Positions 10,321-18,476 of a stretch of DNA of 64,000 nucleotides are shown here, one piece after another. The DNA is from Bacteroidota bacterium (lineage in GTDB: Bacteria > Bacteroidota > Ignavibacteria > UBA10030 > SZUA-254), in assembly GCA_044449065.1 (NCBI GenBank), contig JBIOHP010000005.1, positions 107,374 to 171,373 on the forward strand, given 5' to 3'. The translations under genes were made by a program, and so were the position numbers. The notes beneath the pieces are model-generated. The model did not search any database. It was not told the origin of the DNA and saw only the letters and a list, made by a program, of their open reading frames with translations. The first letter of the stretch is position 1. Each line of letters opens with the position of its first letter.

Positions 10321-10797
10321 ATGGACGAAACAATTAAATTTAATCTCAACGGCAAAGAAACCAGCTTCACAGGCGATAGCAGCCGCATGCTCTTATGGGT
10401 ATTGCGAATAAATCTCGGGTTAACCGGAACCAAGTATGGATGCGGTGAAAGTTTTTGCGGCGCGTGCACGGTGATTGTTGAGAATGAGGCGGTGCGTTCA
10501 TGTCAAACTCCGGTTAAATTTGTCAACGGAAAAAAGGTTCTCACCATCGAAGGATTATCGAACAATGGTAAACTGCATCCGTTACAGACAGCTTTTATCC
10601 AAAACGACGCCATGCAATGCGGATACTGCACCCCGGGTATGATAATGAACGCCTACGCGTTTCTGAAAAAAAATCCCAAGCCCTCGTCGTCGGATATTCT
10701 AACGGGAATGGACGATAATTTTTGCAGGTGCGGAGCGCACACGCGTATCGTTAGAGCAATCCGGGACGCTGCGAAATCGATGGAAGGAGGAATGTAA
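10321..10797 (+). CDS. (2Fe-2S)-binding small subunit of a xanthine-dehydrogenase-family molybdenum-cofactor-dependent hydroxylase (IorA/CoxS-like)
   Basis: Plant-type ferredoxin motif CGESFCGACTV plus the second cluster motif CGYCTPGMIM, 158 aa. Confidence 0.85.
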   Translation: MDETIKFNLNGKETSFTGDSSRMLLWVLRINLGLTGTKYGCGESFCGACTVIVENEAVRSCQTPVKFVNGKKVLTIEGLSNNGKLHPLQTAFIQNDAMQCGYCTPGMIMNAYAFLKKNPKPSSSDILTGMDDNFCRCGAHTRIVRAIRDAAKSMEGGM

Positions 10798-10798
10798 T

Positions 10799-12949
10799 AT
10801 GGAAAACCAACAATCGTTAGATTTCGAACTACCCTACGGGACGCCCAATCTTACGTTAGACCGGCGCCAATTTCTAAAAATTACGGGAAGTGGAATTTTC
10901 CTTCTGTTCACCATCGGGGATTTATCGCTTCTTGCACAGGAAAGGTTACGCAGAAATCTCCCCACCGATTTTAACGCGTTTCTTAATATAGGAGAAAACG
11001 GACGCGTCGCGTGTTACACCGGAAAGATTGAAATGGGACAGGGTGTTGTTACTTCCCTCGCCCAAATGCTGGCTGATGAATTAGACGTAACATTGGAAGC
11101 AATCGATATGGTCATGGGAGACACCGAACTTTGTCCATGGGATATGGGGACTTTCGGATCGATGTCGACACGATTTTTTGGTCCAGCTCTGCGATCCGCT
11201 GGCGCTGAAGCAAGAAGCGTTCTTTTAGAATTAGCATCCGAAGAACTCAAAGTTCCTTCGAAGAACCTGGTAACAAAGAATGGGATTGTTTTCGACAAAA
11301 CCAACAAAGACCATCAGATTACCTACGCCAATCTTGCAAAAGGGAAAAAGATTGTAAAACATGCTACCGGAAAATCGGTTTTGAAATCGGTTTCGGAATT
11401 TACGGCAATAAACAAGTCCACTCTCCGGGTTGACGCCGAGGTAAAGGTTACCGGAAAAGCAAAATATGCCGGGGATGTTCAACTCCCTGGGATGCTGTAC
11501 GCAAAAATACTCCGTCCCCCTGCTCATGGCGCCAAGTTTATCGATGTTGACGTCTCCGAAGCGAAAAGCGTACCGGGCGTCCAAATCGTCCGCGATGGCG
11601 ATCTTGTAGCCGCCCTGCATAAATATCCCGACGCCGCGGAGTTTGCCCTTTCTAAAATCAAGGCGAAATTCGATAACTCCAAATCGGACCTTACCGATAA
11701 AAATATTTTCGATCATCTGTTAAAAGTCGCCCCGGAAGGAAAAGCTATAGCGCAAGAAGGCGATCTTGAGAAAGGGAAAAAAGAATCGGGTTCAATCATA
11801 GACGAAACATATTTGAATGATTATGTAGCGCATTCGCCGATGGAGCCGCATACCGCAGTGGTAAGCATCGAGGGATCCTCGGCAACAGTTTGGGCGTCGA
11901 CACAAACGCCATTCAGCGCGAAGGATGAAGTCGCCAAAGAACTTGGCTTTTCTCCCGAGAACGTTCGTGTGAAGCCATCGTTTGTTGGCGGCGGCTTTGG
12001 CGGAAAATCCCGAAACCTGCAGGCGGTTGAAGCCGCTCGCCTTGCAAAACTAAGCGGGAAACCGGTGCAGGTCGCATGGACAAGAGAAGAAGAATTCTTT
12101 TACGATTCGTTTCGCCCGGCGGCAATTGTGAAAATTCATTCCGGTGTGACCAACGAAGGAAAAATTGGTTTTTGGGATTATAATGTGTATTTCGCAGGCG
12201 AACGCGGCGCGGAGCATTTTTATAATATCCCGAATCATAAGACGACCTCCTTCAATTCCTCGTGGATGGGATCGCCGGATTCTCATCCGTTCGCGACCGG
12301 ACCCTGGAGAGCGCCGGGGAACAACACCAATACATTCGCCAGAGAATCACAGATCGATATCATGGCTGCAAAAGCGGGTGTGGATCCGCTGGAATTCCGC
12401 ATGAACAACCTGACCGACCCGAAAATGAAGAACGTGCTGCAAACCGCAGCGAAAAAATTCGGATGGATTCCGGGAAAAGCCCCAAGCGTCAGAGGTTGGG
12501 GCATCGCGCTTGGAGTAGACGCGGGCACCTCCGTCGCGACGATTGCAGAGGTTGCGGTCGATAAGAAAACCGGAAGCGTTAAAGTGAAGCGCGTGGTGTG
12601 CGCGCAGGATATGGGATTGGCAATTAACCCGGAAGGCGCCGCGATTCAAATGGAAGGATGCATCATGATGGGGCTTGGATACGCCCTTTCGGAAGGGATC
12701 CATTTCGAGGCGGGAAAAATATCCGATATTAATTATGATACGTATGAGCTTCCGAGGTTTTCCTGGCTGCCAGAGATAGAGACAGTTATTATTGATAATA
12801 AAAATTCCGATCCCCAGGGCGGCGGCGAACCCGCGATAGTTACGATGGGAGCCGTGATCGCGAATGCAATTTTCGATGCAACGGGCGCCCGGTTATTCCA
12901 GCTTCCGATGAACGAAGAGCGAATTAAAAAGGCGCTGGAGAAGGGTTAA
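10799..12949 (+). CDS. molybdopterin-binding large subunit of an aldehyde oxidase/xanthine dehydrogenase family enzyme (IorB-like) with a Tat signal
   Basis: Twin-arginine signal RRQFLKITGSGIFLL. Aldehyde oxidase/XDH a/b-hammerhead and MoCo-binding regions, 716 aa. A GGAGG ribosome-binding site lies upstream and the start is tightly coupled to the small subunit. Confidence 0.8.
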   Translation: MENQQSLDFELPYGTPNLTLDRRQFLKITGSGIFLLFTIGDLSLLAQERLRRNLPTDFNAFLNIGENGRVACYTGKIEMGQGVVTSLAQMLADELDVTLEAIDMVMGDTELCPWDMGTFGSMSTRFFGPALRSAGAEARSVLLELASEELKVPSKNLVTKNGIVFDKTNKDHQITYANLAKGKKIVKHATGKSVLKSVSEFTAINKSTLRVDAEVKVTGKAKYAGDVQLPGMLYAKILRPPAHGAKFIDVDVSEAKSVPGVQIVRDGDLVAALHKYPDAAEFALSKIKAKFDNSKSDLTDKNIFDHLLKVAPEGKAIAQEGDLEKGKKESGSIIDETYLNDYVAHSPMEPHTAVVSIEGSSATVWASTQTPFSAKDEVAKELGFSPENVRVKPSFVGGGFGGKSRNLQAVEAARLAKLSGKPVQVAWTREEEFFYDSFRPAAIVKIHSGVTNEGKIGFWDYNVYFAGERGAEHFYNIPNHKTTSFNSSWMGSPDSHPFATGPWRAPGNNTNTFARESQIDIMAAKAGVDPLEFRMNNLTDPKMKNVLQTAAKKFGWIPGKAPSVRGWGIALGVDAGTSVATIAEVAVDKKTGSVKVKRVVCAQDMGLAINPEGAAIQMEGCIMMGLGYALSEGIHFEAGKISDINYDTYELPRFSWLPEIETVIIDNKNSDPQGGGEPAIVTMGAVIANAIFDATGARLFQLPMNEERIKKALEKG

Positions 12950-13047
12950 TATCCTTTTCTGAAGCGATTCTATTTCATGAGAGGGATACTTTTCTATTAT
13001 GTAGTGGGGTGAGGTTCTGGTGATAAAAAAAGGGGGCGTCCAAGTTG

Positions 13048-13208
13048 TGACCTACACCGTTGAACGAGATGGAGAGACTATGTGAAAACTCCAATTCATC
13101 TTTCAGTCAAGATTCGATTTATCGCAATGTGCACCGATATAAGGAGATCGCGACGCGGTGAAACTGCTCGCGATGACTTTTCACACAGCATCTGAATCTC
13201 GTTTTTCC
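13048..13208 (+). repeat. structured intergenic repeat unit, copy A (includes an extra ATCGCGA...TCGCGAT hairpin)
   Basis: Shares cctaca(c/g)cgttgaacgagat...tgtgaaaactc...aggagat...ttttcacaca with copy B at 13300-13425. The long-range arms TGTGAAAA and TTTTCACA are complementary. Confidence 0.5.
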
Positions 13209-13209
13209 A

Positions 13210-13278
13210 GGCGGTCATGATCCACACCATGACCGGAATAAAATGAAAAAGTTGTCATGAAATGGTTCATGACACCCC
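13210..13278. repeat. palindromic repeat (GGTCATG..CATGACC and GTCATGAA..TTCATGAC arms); a second copy at 16221..16410 carries an insertion
   Basis: ggcggtcatgatccacaccatgaccggaataaaatgaaaaagttgtcatgaaatggttcatgacacc recurs at 16221-16236 plus 16356-16410, with only a few mismatches. Confidence 0.6.
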
Positions 13279-13299
13279 GGCAAAGTAACTTTTAGGATG

Positions 13300-13425
13300 T
13301 AACCTACAGCGTTGAACGAGATTTAGAATCTGTGTGAAAACTCTGATTCCCCGTTTAAATAAGATTCAAAGTTTTGCAATTTGCATCGATATGAGGAGAT
13401 TTTTCACACAAATTGCTTAGTGTGG
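13300..13425 (+). repeat. structured intergenic repeat unit, copy B
   Basis: Aligns with copy A with indels. The stem arms tctgtgtgaaaactc and gagatttttcacacaaa are retained. Confidence 0.5.
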
Positions 13426-13446
13426 GGCGCGTAGTGTGGTTGTTAA

Positions 13447-13480
13447 AGGGCTCTCGATATCGGAAGCCTTTTTAATTCAG
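13447..13480 (+). terminator. candidate rho-independent terminator downstream of the tandem repeats
   Basis: aaagggctctcgatatcggaagccttttt is an imperfect GC-containing hairpin followed by TTTTT. Confidence 0.4.
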
Positions 13481-13605
13481 AACTATTGCAGGAAGTATTT
13501 CTTTAAAATTAAAGGTCGGTCGCCCGGCTTGGTCTCTTTTTTCTAATGAAATATAGCAAACGATACTAGCTCCATAACGCGGGTCCGGGACACAACCCAA
13601 ACAAC

Positions 13606-14496
13606 TTAAGGATTTTTTCCTCTTTCGTTTTGATCCATACTCTTGATAAGTTCATCAACCTCCTCAATCGAAGGCCGGTCATCGCTCAGAAAGTAATTGG
13701 TTGGGAACTCCACGATTTTCAGGTACGCTGCTTTTTCCCCTTCCTCATCCTGGATATCTTTCAGAGTGATGGCAAATCTGTGGTGATCGCGCAAATAGGT
13801 GTAATCTGAAAATGGCGTATCGAAATACGAGACCTCGAAATCTTCAACATCCTTCAACGAATCATCGCGAACATCCGTTTCCAGTTCGACTGCATTTTCG
13901 CCAAACGATTTCAGCGAAATATGAATCTTGTGAGTATCTTTTTTCGCCTCGTCGTTTGAGATAAGTAGAGCGTTGTACGATTCACCTTTTTTCAAGATGA
14001 AGCTTGCAAATGTCTGCTTCGCATTCGCCTCAATCAGTTGTTCCTCAGATTGAACAATCTCTTGCGCGAATGAAATCAAATCATCGAGCGCTTTACGCCG
14101 TTCGTGAGGATCGTGGAGCTTATCGGCCTGCCCCGCAAACACATCGAAAAACACGCGCGGATTAAAATGACCTTTGGCATTATCGTAAAAGAGCCTGAGT
14201 GTCGCGATGCGCGAGCGGAGATCGAGCTTGGAATTCAAGACACTCGACAGCAATATTTTGTAGCTTTCCGTTTTAAAATTCAGCTCAAATTCTTCCCGCT
14301 GGTGCAAGAGTTGAAAAACATCCTCCCGTAACTTTATTTGAGATTCAAGTTGGCGGCTTCTCTCCTGCTGCCAGGAACTGAATATCCCGATCGCGGTTGC
14401 CAGGACGGTGACGAGACCGGTTAATTGAGCGAAAGAAATTCCCCGTCGTTTGCTCTCAGATTTATCTTCGAGTTGTTCTTGTGTATTTTTCTCCAT
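13606..14496 (-). CDS. hypothetical membrane-anchored protein (N-terminal TM, charged coiled-coil-like remainder)
   Basis: Long ORF with a TM segment LTGLVTVLATAIGIFSSW near the N-terminus. No recognisable catalytic motif. Confidence 0.5.
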   Translation of the reverse strand: MEKNTQEQLEDKSESKRRGISFAQLTGLVTVLATAIGIFSSWQQERSRQLESQIKLREDVFQLLHQREEFELNFKTESYKILLSSVLNSKLDLRSRIATLRLFYDNAKGHFNPRVFFDVFAGQADKLHDPHERRKALDDLISFAQEIVQSEEQLIEANAKQTFASFILKKGESYNALLISNDEAKKDTHKIHISLKSFGENAVELETDVRDDSLKDVEDFEVSYFDTPFSDYTYLRDHHRFAITLKDIQDEEGEKAAYLKIVEFPTNYFLSDDRPSIEEVDELIKSMDQNERGKNP

Positions 14497-14946
14497 ACCA
14501 GTAATCTTAGCTTATTGTATGATTTGATCATTTTGAGCAGGCCGCCCTACGCATAGGTTTTTGGGCCGCTGCTGGCTCCAGATTGGACAAATTTACGTAT
14601 TTATTCCTTCTAGTCCAATTCAGATCACTCACGCCACGAATCGCTACGTGATTTGGTAATTGAGAGAGGTTAAATGCCAAAATTCAATATTCCCCGAATC
14701 CTACAAATTTAGCTCCAAATATCGTTTTGTATCTTATAGATAAGATCAATAAAATCAATGCCTTGGAATTCCAAGAACAAACTTCAAACGGAGGGAGCGA
14801 ATTAAGGGGAACTGTTAATAATGAAGTATTGTTAATCACGCTTGTAAGATTCTTTATCAGATAAAACTATCTGATAACAGGTCTTCACAAAAATACACCC
14901 CAGATTATCTTAACTCATTTTATCAACGCTTAATCCAGGAGTCCTT

Positions 14947-15360
14947 ATGCGAAGATTTATAATATTGTTCGCCGTCGCATTGTTCGTAACGGCAATTGCA
15001 GTTCAGGCGGGAGAAACATCCACGCGTTTCAAAAAACAGCATCTGAAGCAGACGGAGGAGAATCTCGTCAGCGTCTTGAACAACAACAGCAGTCCCTCCA
15101 TGCAGGCGTCTGCTGCGCAAACCATCAGGGAATTGGAATGGTCATTTCCCGAGGAATCGTTTGATTCTTTTGTTGAACCGTTAATGCGCATTGTAAAAGA
15201 TGAAACTTCAGACACGCAGGTACGCATTCTGGCGGCAATTGCGCTGGACGGGCTTCACTCAGATACCGGAGACGGCGCCATCGAAAGCGTCGCAAAAGGA
15301 GCCGGCGATAAGAGCGTAAAGACCTTGTGCGCAGCATTGTTAGTCAAGTCCGGCAAATAG
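14947..15360 (+). CDS. hypothetical small secreted protein (signal peptide, HEAT-like helical repeats)
   Basis: Signal peptide MRRFIILFAVALFVTAIAVQA in a clean 137-aa ORF. Confidence 0.5.
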   Translation: MRRFIILFAVALFVTAIAVQAGETSTRFKKQHLKQTEENLVSVLNNNSSPSMQASAAQTIRELEWSFPEESFDSFVEPLMRIVKDETSDTQVRILAAIALDGLHSDTGDGAIESVAKGAGDKSVKTLCAALLVKSGK

Positions 15361-15531
15361 AGGGAAAATAATCACGAGCCGTTAACCCCTTCTGACTAAA
15401 CAAATGCCTCTTCCGGTTAATATTTACCTAAGCGGGATCTTTATGTAGGGCTTCTGCCTCCTGGTAGAAGCATCAAGACCGTCCCTTGCATGGTAATGAA
15501 GATACCGGGTATCGTAGTTGACATCTCCTTA

Positions 15532-16089
15532 TCACATAATGAGGGGAATGAACATTTTTGTCCGCTGCATGTAGCGGGCGTATTCATCGCCAAACTTTTT
15601 GAGCATTTCATGCTCTTCTGTTTTTGCCGTCGCTACCAGAGCCCATAGATTCACCACCGCGCACGCTGCTGTTGCCGGGGTCATTTCCTTGAAAAAAATA
15701 CCGGCGCCGAGGAGTACGAGCGACGCATAGAGCGGATGACGGATATAACGATAAATGCCTGCAGTAACGAGCGCCGTTGTATTTTCGATCTGACCCTCCG
15801 GCTTGCCTGCTGTGCGCAAGGCGTTGAATCCGTAGAGAGGTAGCGGAATTGCTCCAAAAAGAATCACCCAGGAAATGAGTTGATTCCACGCCCAGGGATG
15901 CACAAACCACACAGGCGCGCACAACAAGGTAAGGATGAGGATGCTTTCAAATGAAAAGAACCGGTAAACGCCATGATAGCGACCAGCCCTGAGGGAGAAA
16001 AACCATGAAATAATGCTATTCGTGATGGTGCCAACTGCCAGAATAACAACAAATACTGTAGTTTTCATGGGAAATTTAAAATGAAACAA
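15532..16089 (-). CDS. isoprenylcysteine carboxyl methyltransferase (ICMT)/phospholipid methyltransferase family membrane protein
   Basis: Multi-TM protein with the ICMT-family C-terminal motif RYIRHPLYASLVLLGAGIFF...E. Confidence 0.7.
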   Translation of the reverse strand: MFHFKFPMKTTVFVVILAVGTITNSIISWFFSLRAGRYHGVYRFFSFESILILTLLCAPVWFVHPWAWNQLISWVILFGAIPLPLYGFNALRTAGKPEGQIENTTALVTAGIYRYIRHPLYASLVLLGAGIFFKEMTPATAACAVVNLWALVATAKTEEHEMLKKFGDEYARYMQRTKMFIPLIM

Positions 16090-16236
16090 TCATAAATTAA
16101 CAATAATAATATGAACGAGATGAATCTCGTTCTACAAGTTACTTTTTGGGTGCCCCCACTTCGATCTCAAGTGATAAAGTCACTCTTGCACGAGACTTCG
16201 TCTTGCGCTACATTTTTCTAGGCGGTCATGGTCCAC

Positions 16237-16355
16237 GAGTCTGTCCGAGAACTCGTAGTAGCGGGTCACCTGACCCGCGCCCATGCCCAATTGGATTCGA
16301 AATAGCCGCCGATCTGGTGATCGGCTACTACAAAACATGGTTCTCGGACAGACTC
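16237..16355. mobile_element. MITE-like 119-bp element with perfect 16-bp terminal inverted repeats, inserted inside another palindromic repeat
   Basis: Terminal inverted repeats GAGTCTGTCCGAGAAC / GTTCTCGGACAGACTC. Internal nested palindromes GCGGGTCAcCTGACCCGC and TAGCCG..CGGCTA. It interrupts the 16221..16410 copy of the repeat seen uninterrupted at 13210..13278. No ORF. Confidence 0.55.
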
Positions 16356-16476
16356 CCACACCATGACCGGGATAAAATGAAAAGGTGTCATGAAATGATT
16401 CATGACACCCTGGCATGGTGCCAATTGCCAGAATAACGACAAACACTGTAGTATTCATTGGAAATTATTCCTAGTG

Positions 16477-17136
16477 CTAATCGTTAATCATGGCAATCGC
16501 TCTCACCGGAGATCCATCGGCATGTTCAATATTCAACGGTAAACATTGAAACGAAAAAGCTTTATCCGGAAGTTTGTCTAAATTGGTAAGATTTTCGACC
16601 AAAATTATTTCTTTTTCCAACAGAATGTGATGGTTGGGCAGGTTTTCGGATGTGACATCTTCCGCGGAGAAAACCCTATCCACCGAAAAAGAGTCGATGC
16701 CAATACCCTTCAGGTTGAATTTTGTTAGCCAACGCGCCGCTTCCTGGGTCGGAATAGGGCAATTCTCAAAATAGTCGTCCCTATTCCATTTATACTGCCA
16801 GCCGGTAAAAAAGAGGATGAAATCCACCCGTGATATTTTTGTTTCAAACTTCTTCAAGAAATTCACATCAATTTCTTTTCTATCCCGGCAGGGAATTACA
16901 ATTGCGCTGCCGATAAATTTATCGATTGGGAACAGGTCTAATGATTTTGTATTTTTTACTATGTGGCATGGAGCGTCGATATGCGTCCCCGAGTGCAGTA
17001 CCATCGTCATTTTAAGCTCGGCAAAGTCATTTTTTTCAACGGTATTGAGAACTTCAAATGCAGGCCGAAGAGTATCGGGGTATACCGTAATTTTCTCATT
17101 CAGAATATGAGTAAGGTCAATAAGTTTATTTTGCAT
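16477..17136 (-). CDS. cyclase family protein (kynurenine formamidase-like)
   Basis: Conserved HSGTHIDAPCHI motif of the putative cyclase/arylformamidase fold, 219 aa. Confidence 0.75.
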   Translation of the reverse strand: MQNKLIDLTHILNEKITVYPDTLRPAFEVLNTVEKNDFAELKMTMVLHSGTHIDAPCHIVKNTKSLDLFPIDKFIGSAIVIPCRDRKEIDVNFLKKFETKISRVDFILFFTGWQYKWNRDDYFENCPIPTQEAARWLTKFNLKGIGIDSFSVDRVFSAEDVTSENLPNHHILLEKEIILVENLTNLDKLPDKAFSFQCLPLNIEHADGSPVRAIAMIND

Positions 17137-17201
17137 AGTTTATCTTTATTTATTTCACGCTACCAGTGGTCAACATGGTTCGATCAAATTTTGACGGCGA
17201 C

Positions 17202-18239
17202 TTAGGAGCTCTTTGCTCCTTTGATCAGCGAAGTCCCAAACGGCGTATCAATTCTTGCAATCTTTTTTAAGCCGGCTGCATTCATCCACGAGCGAATTTC
17301 AGATTCGGTGTAAGTGTCTCCCGCGCGCGTGCCGACAAGCATATTCAAGGAAAAGAACGCGCCGTGCTGAGGGCGTAACCGGTCTTCGTCCATAATAAAA
17401 TCGACGACAACGAGTTGTCCGTTGGGATTAAGAGATTTCGCGCATTTCTTCAAGAGCCGACGATTTTCTTTCTCCGAGTTGCTATGAATGATCGCAGAGA
17501 GAAATACGATATCAAATCCCCTGCCGATATCATTTTTCAAATAGTCTCCCACTCTATAATCAATTTCGGATGAAAGCTTCGCCTGCTTCACATATTTCCT
17601 GGTGAGCGGGATGACGTTAGGCAAATCGAACACTGCGGCGGAAATCCCTTTCCTTGCTCTGACAAATGCCATGCTGAATGCTCCGGAGCCGCCCCCTACA
17701 TCGAGTATGCGGTTGACTCCTGTGAGATCGATGTACGAAACAACTGCCGGCGCTTGCATGACCGCGCGGTCATGCATCGCGGCAATAAACGCCTCCAGCC
17801 ATGTGGATTTGCGATCGTTGGTGTGCGGGCGGATTGCTGCGGTCGTCCCTTCACGCACAGCCCGGGTAAGCGTGCTCCACGTGTCCCACAACGAGACCGT
17901 ATGCATGAACCCCGCCATATACTCGGGCTTGCCCTTCACGAGCAGATGCGCAGCGGCAGGCGTGTTGGAAAATTTCCCGCCTTTTTTAATAAGCAATTCC
18001 ATTGCGCAGAGGGCGTTCATCAACCGATCCGTTGCGCGAGGGTTCGTTTTCAGATTTTTGGCTACTTCAGCGGAGGTCCTTGCCCTATCGCCAAGCGCTG
18101 TAAAAATCCCCAGCTCATACGCGGTGAGGAAGATCCGGCTCGATTGGAAGCCGGTGGCAATCTCCCTAATCTTGATAGGAGTGAAAAGATCGGAGTTCGG
18201 TGTATTCAATTTATGTGTGGTCATATTCAGAAGTATCAA
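17202..18239 (-). CDS. class I SAM-dependent O-methyltransferase (dimerisation domain plus O-MT family 2 catalytic domain)
   Basis: SAM-binding motif LDVGGGSGAFSMAFVRA, followed by a DLPNV-type motif and an N-terminal winged-helix dimerisation region. Confidence 0.75.
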   Translation of the reverse strand: MILLNMTTHKLNTPNSDLFTPIKIREIATGFQSSRIFLTAYELGIFTALGDRARTSAEVAKNLKTNPRATDRLMNALCAMELLIKKGGKFSNTPAAAHLLVKGKPEYMAGFMHTVSLWDTWSTLTRAVREGTTAAIRPHTNDRKSTWLEAFIAAMHDRAVMQAPAVVSYIDLTGVNRILDVGGGSGAFSMAFVRARKGISAAVFDLPNVIPLTRKYVKQAKLSSEIDYRVGDYLKNDIGRGFDIVFLSAIIHSNSEKENRRLLKKCAKSLNPNGQLVVVDFIMDEDRLRPQHGAFFSLNMLVGTRAGDTYTESEIRSWMNAAGLKKIARIDTPFGTSLIKGAKSS

Positions 18240-18476
18240 ATTTTGATGAAGAATTTAAATGATTACGTTCTCTGAATCTACCAATTTAGCATGACTTTCT
18301 CAATCTTAATGAGAGGGATCGTACTGCCTGAATCCATCATCGACAAGAAAAACATTTCGTTTTTAAAAATTGACAATTTTCCGCGCCTTTTGTACTTTGT
18401 TTTTAAGCAAGGTACATTCTGCCACCTAACATGTTGTTTTATCCGATAGTTATGTTCTTAAGAAGCGTACTAGAAT

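Noticed and set aside
12165-12703. Several 80-120-aa ORFs on both strands inside the molybdopterin large-subunit gene
   Set aside because: They sit inside a 716-aa gene with strong family features. They are spurious frames.
15470-15500. A GCTTCTGCC-tcc-TGGTAGAAGC hairpin downstream of the small secreted-protein gene, considered as a possible terminator
   Set aside because: The stem has a wobble and there is no following U-run. Only a weak call is possible, so it is not listed as a feature.
17602-18275. Plus-strand ORFs of 173-214 aa overlapping the O-methyltransferase gene
   Set aside because: They are antisense to a gene with clear SAM-methyltransferase motifs and are Arg/Ala-rich with no motifs of their own.
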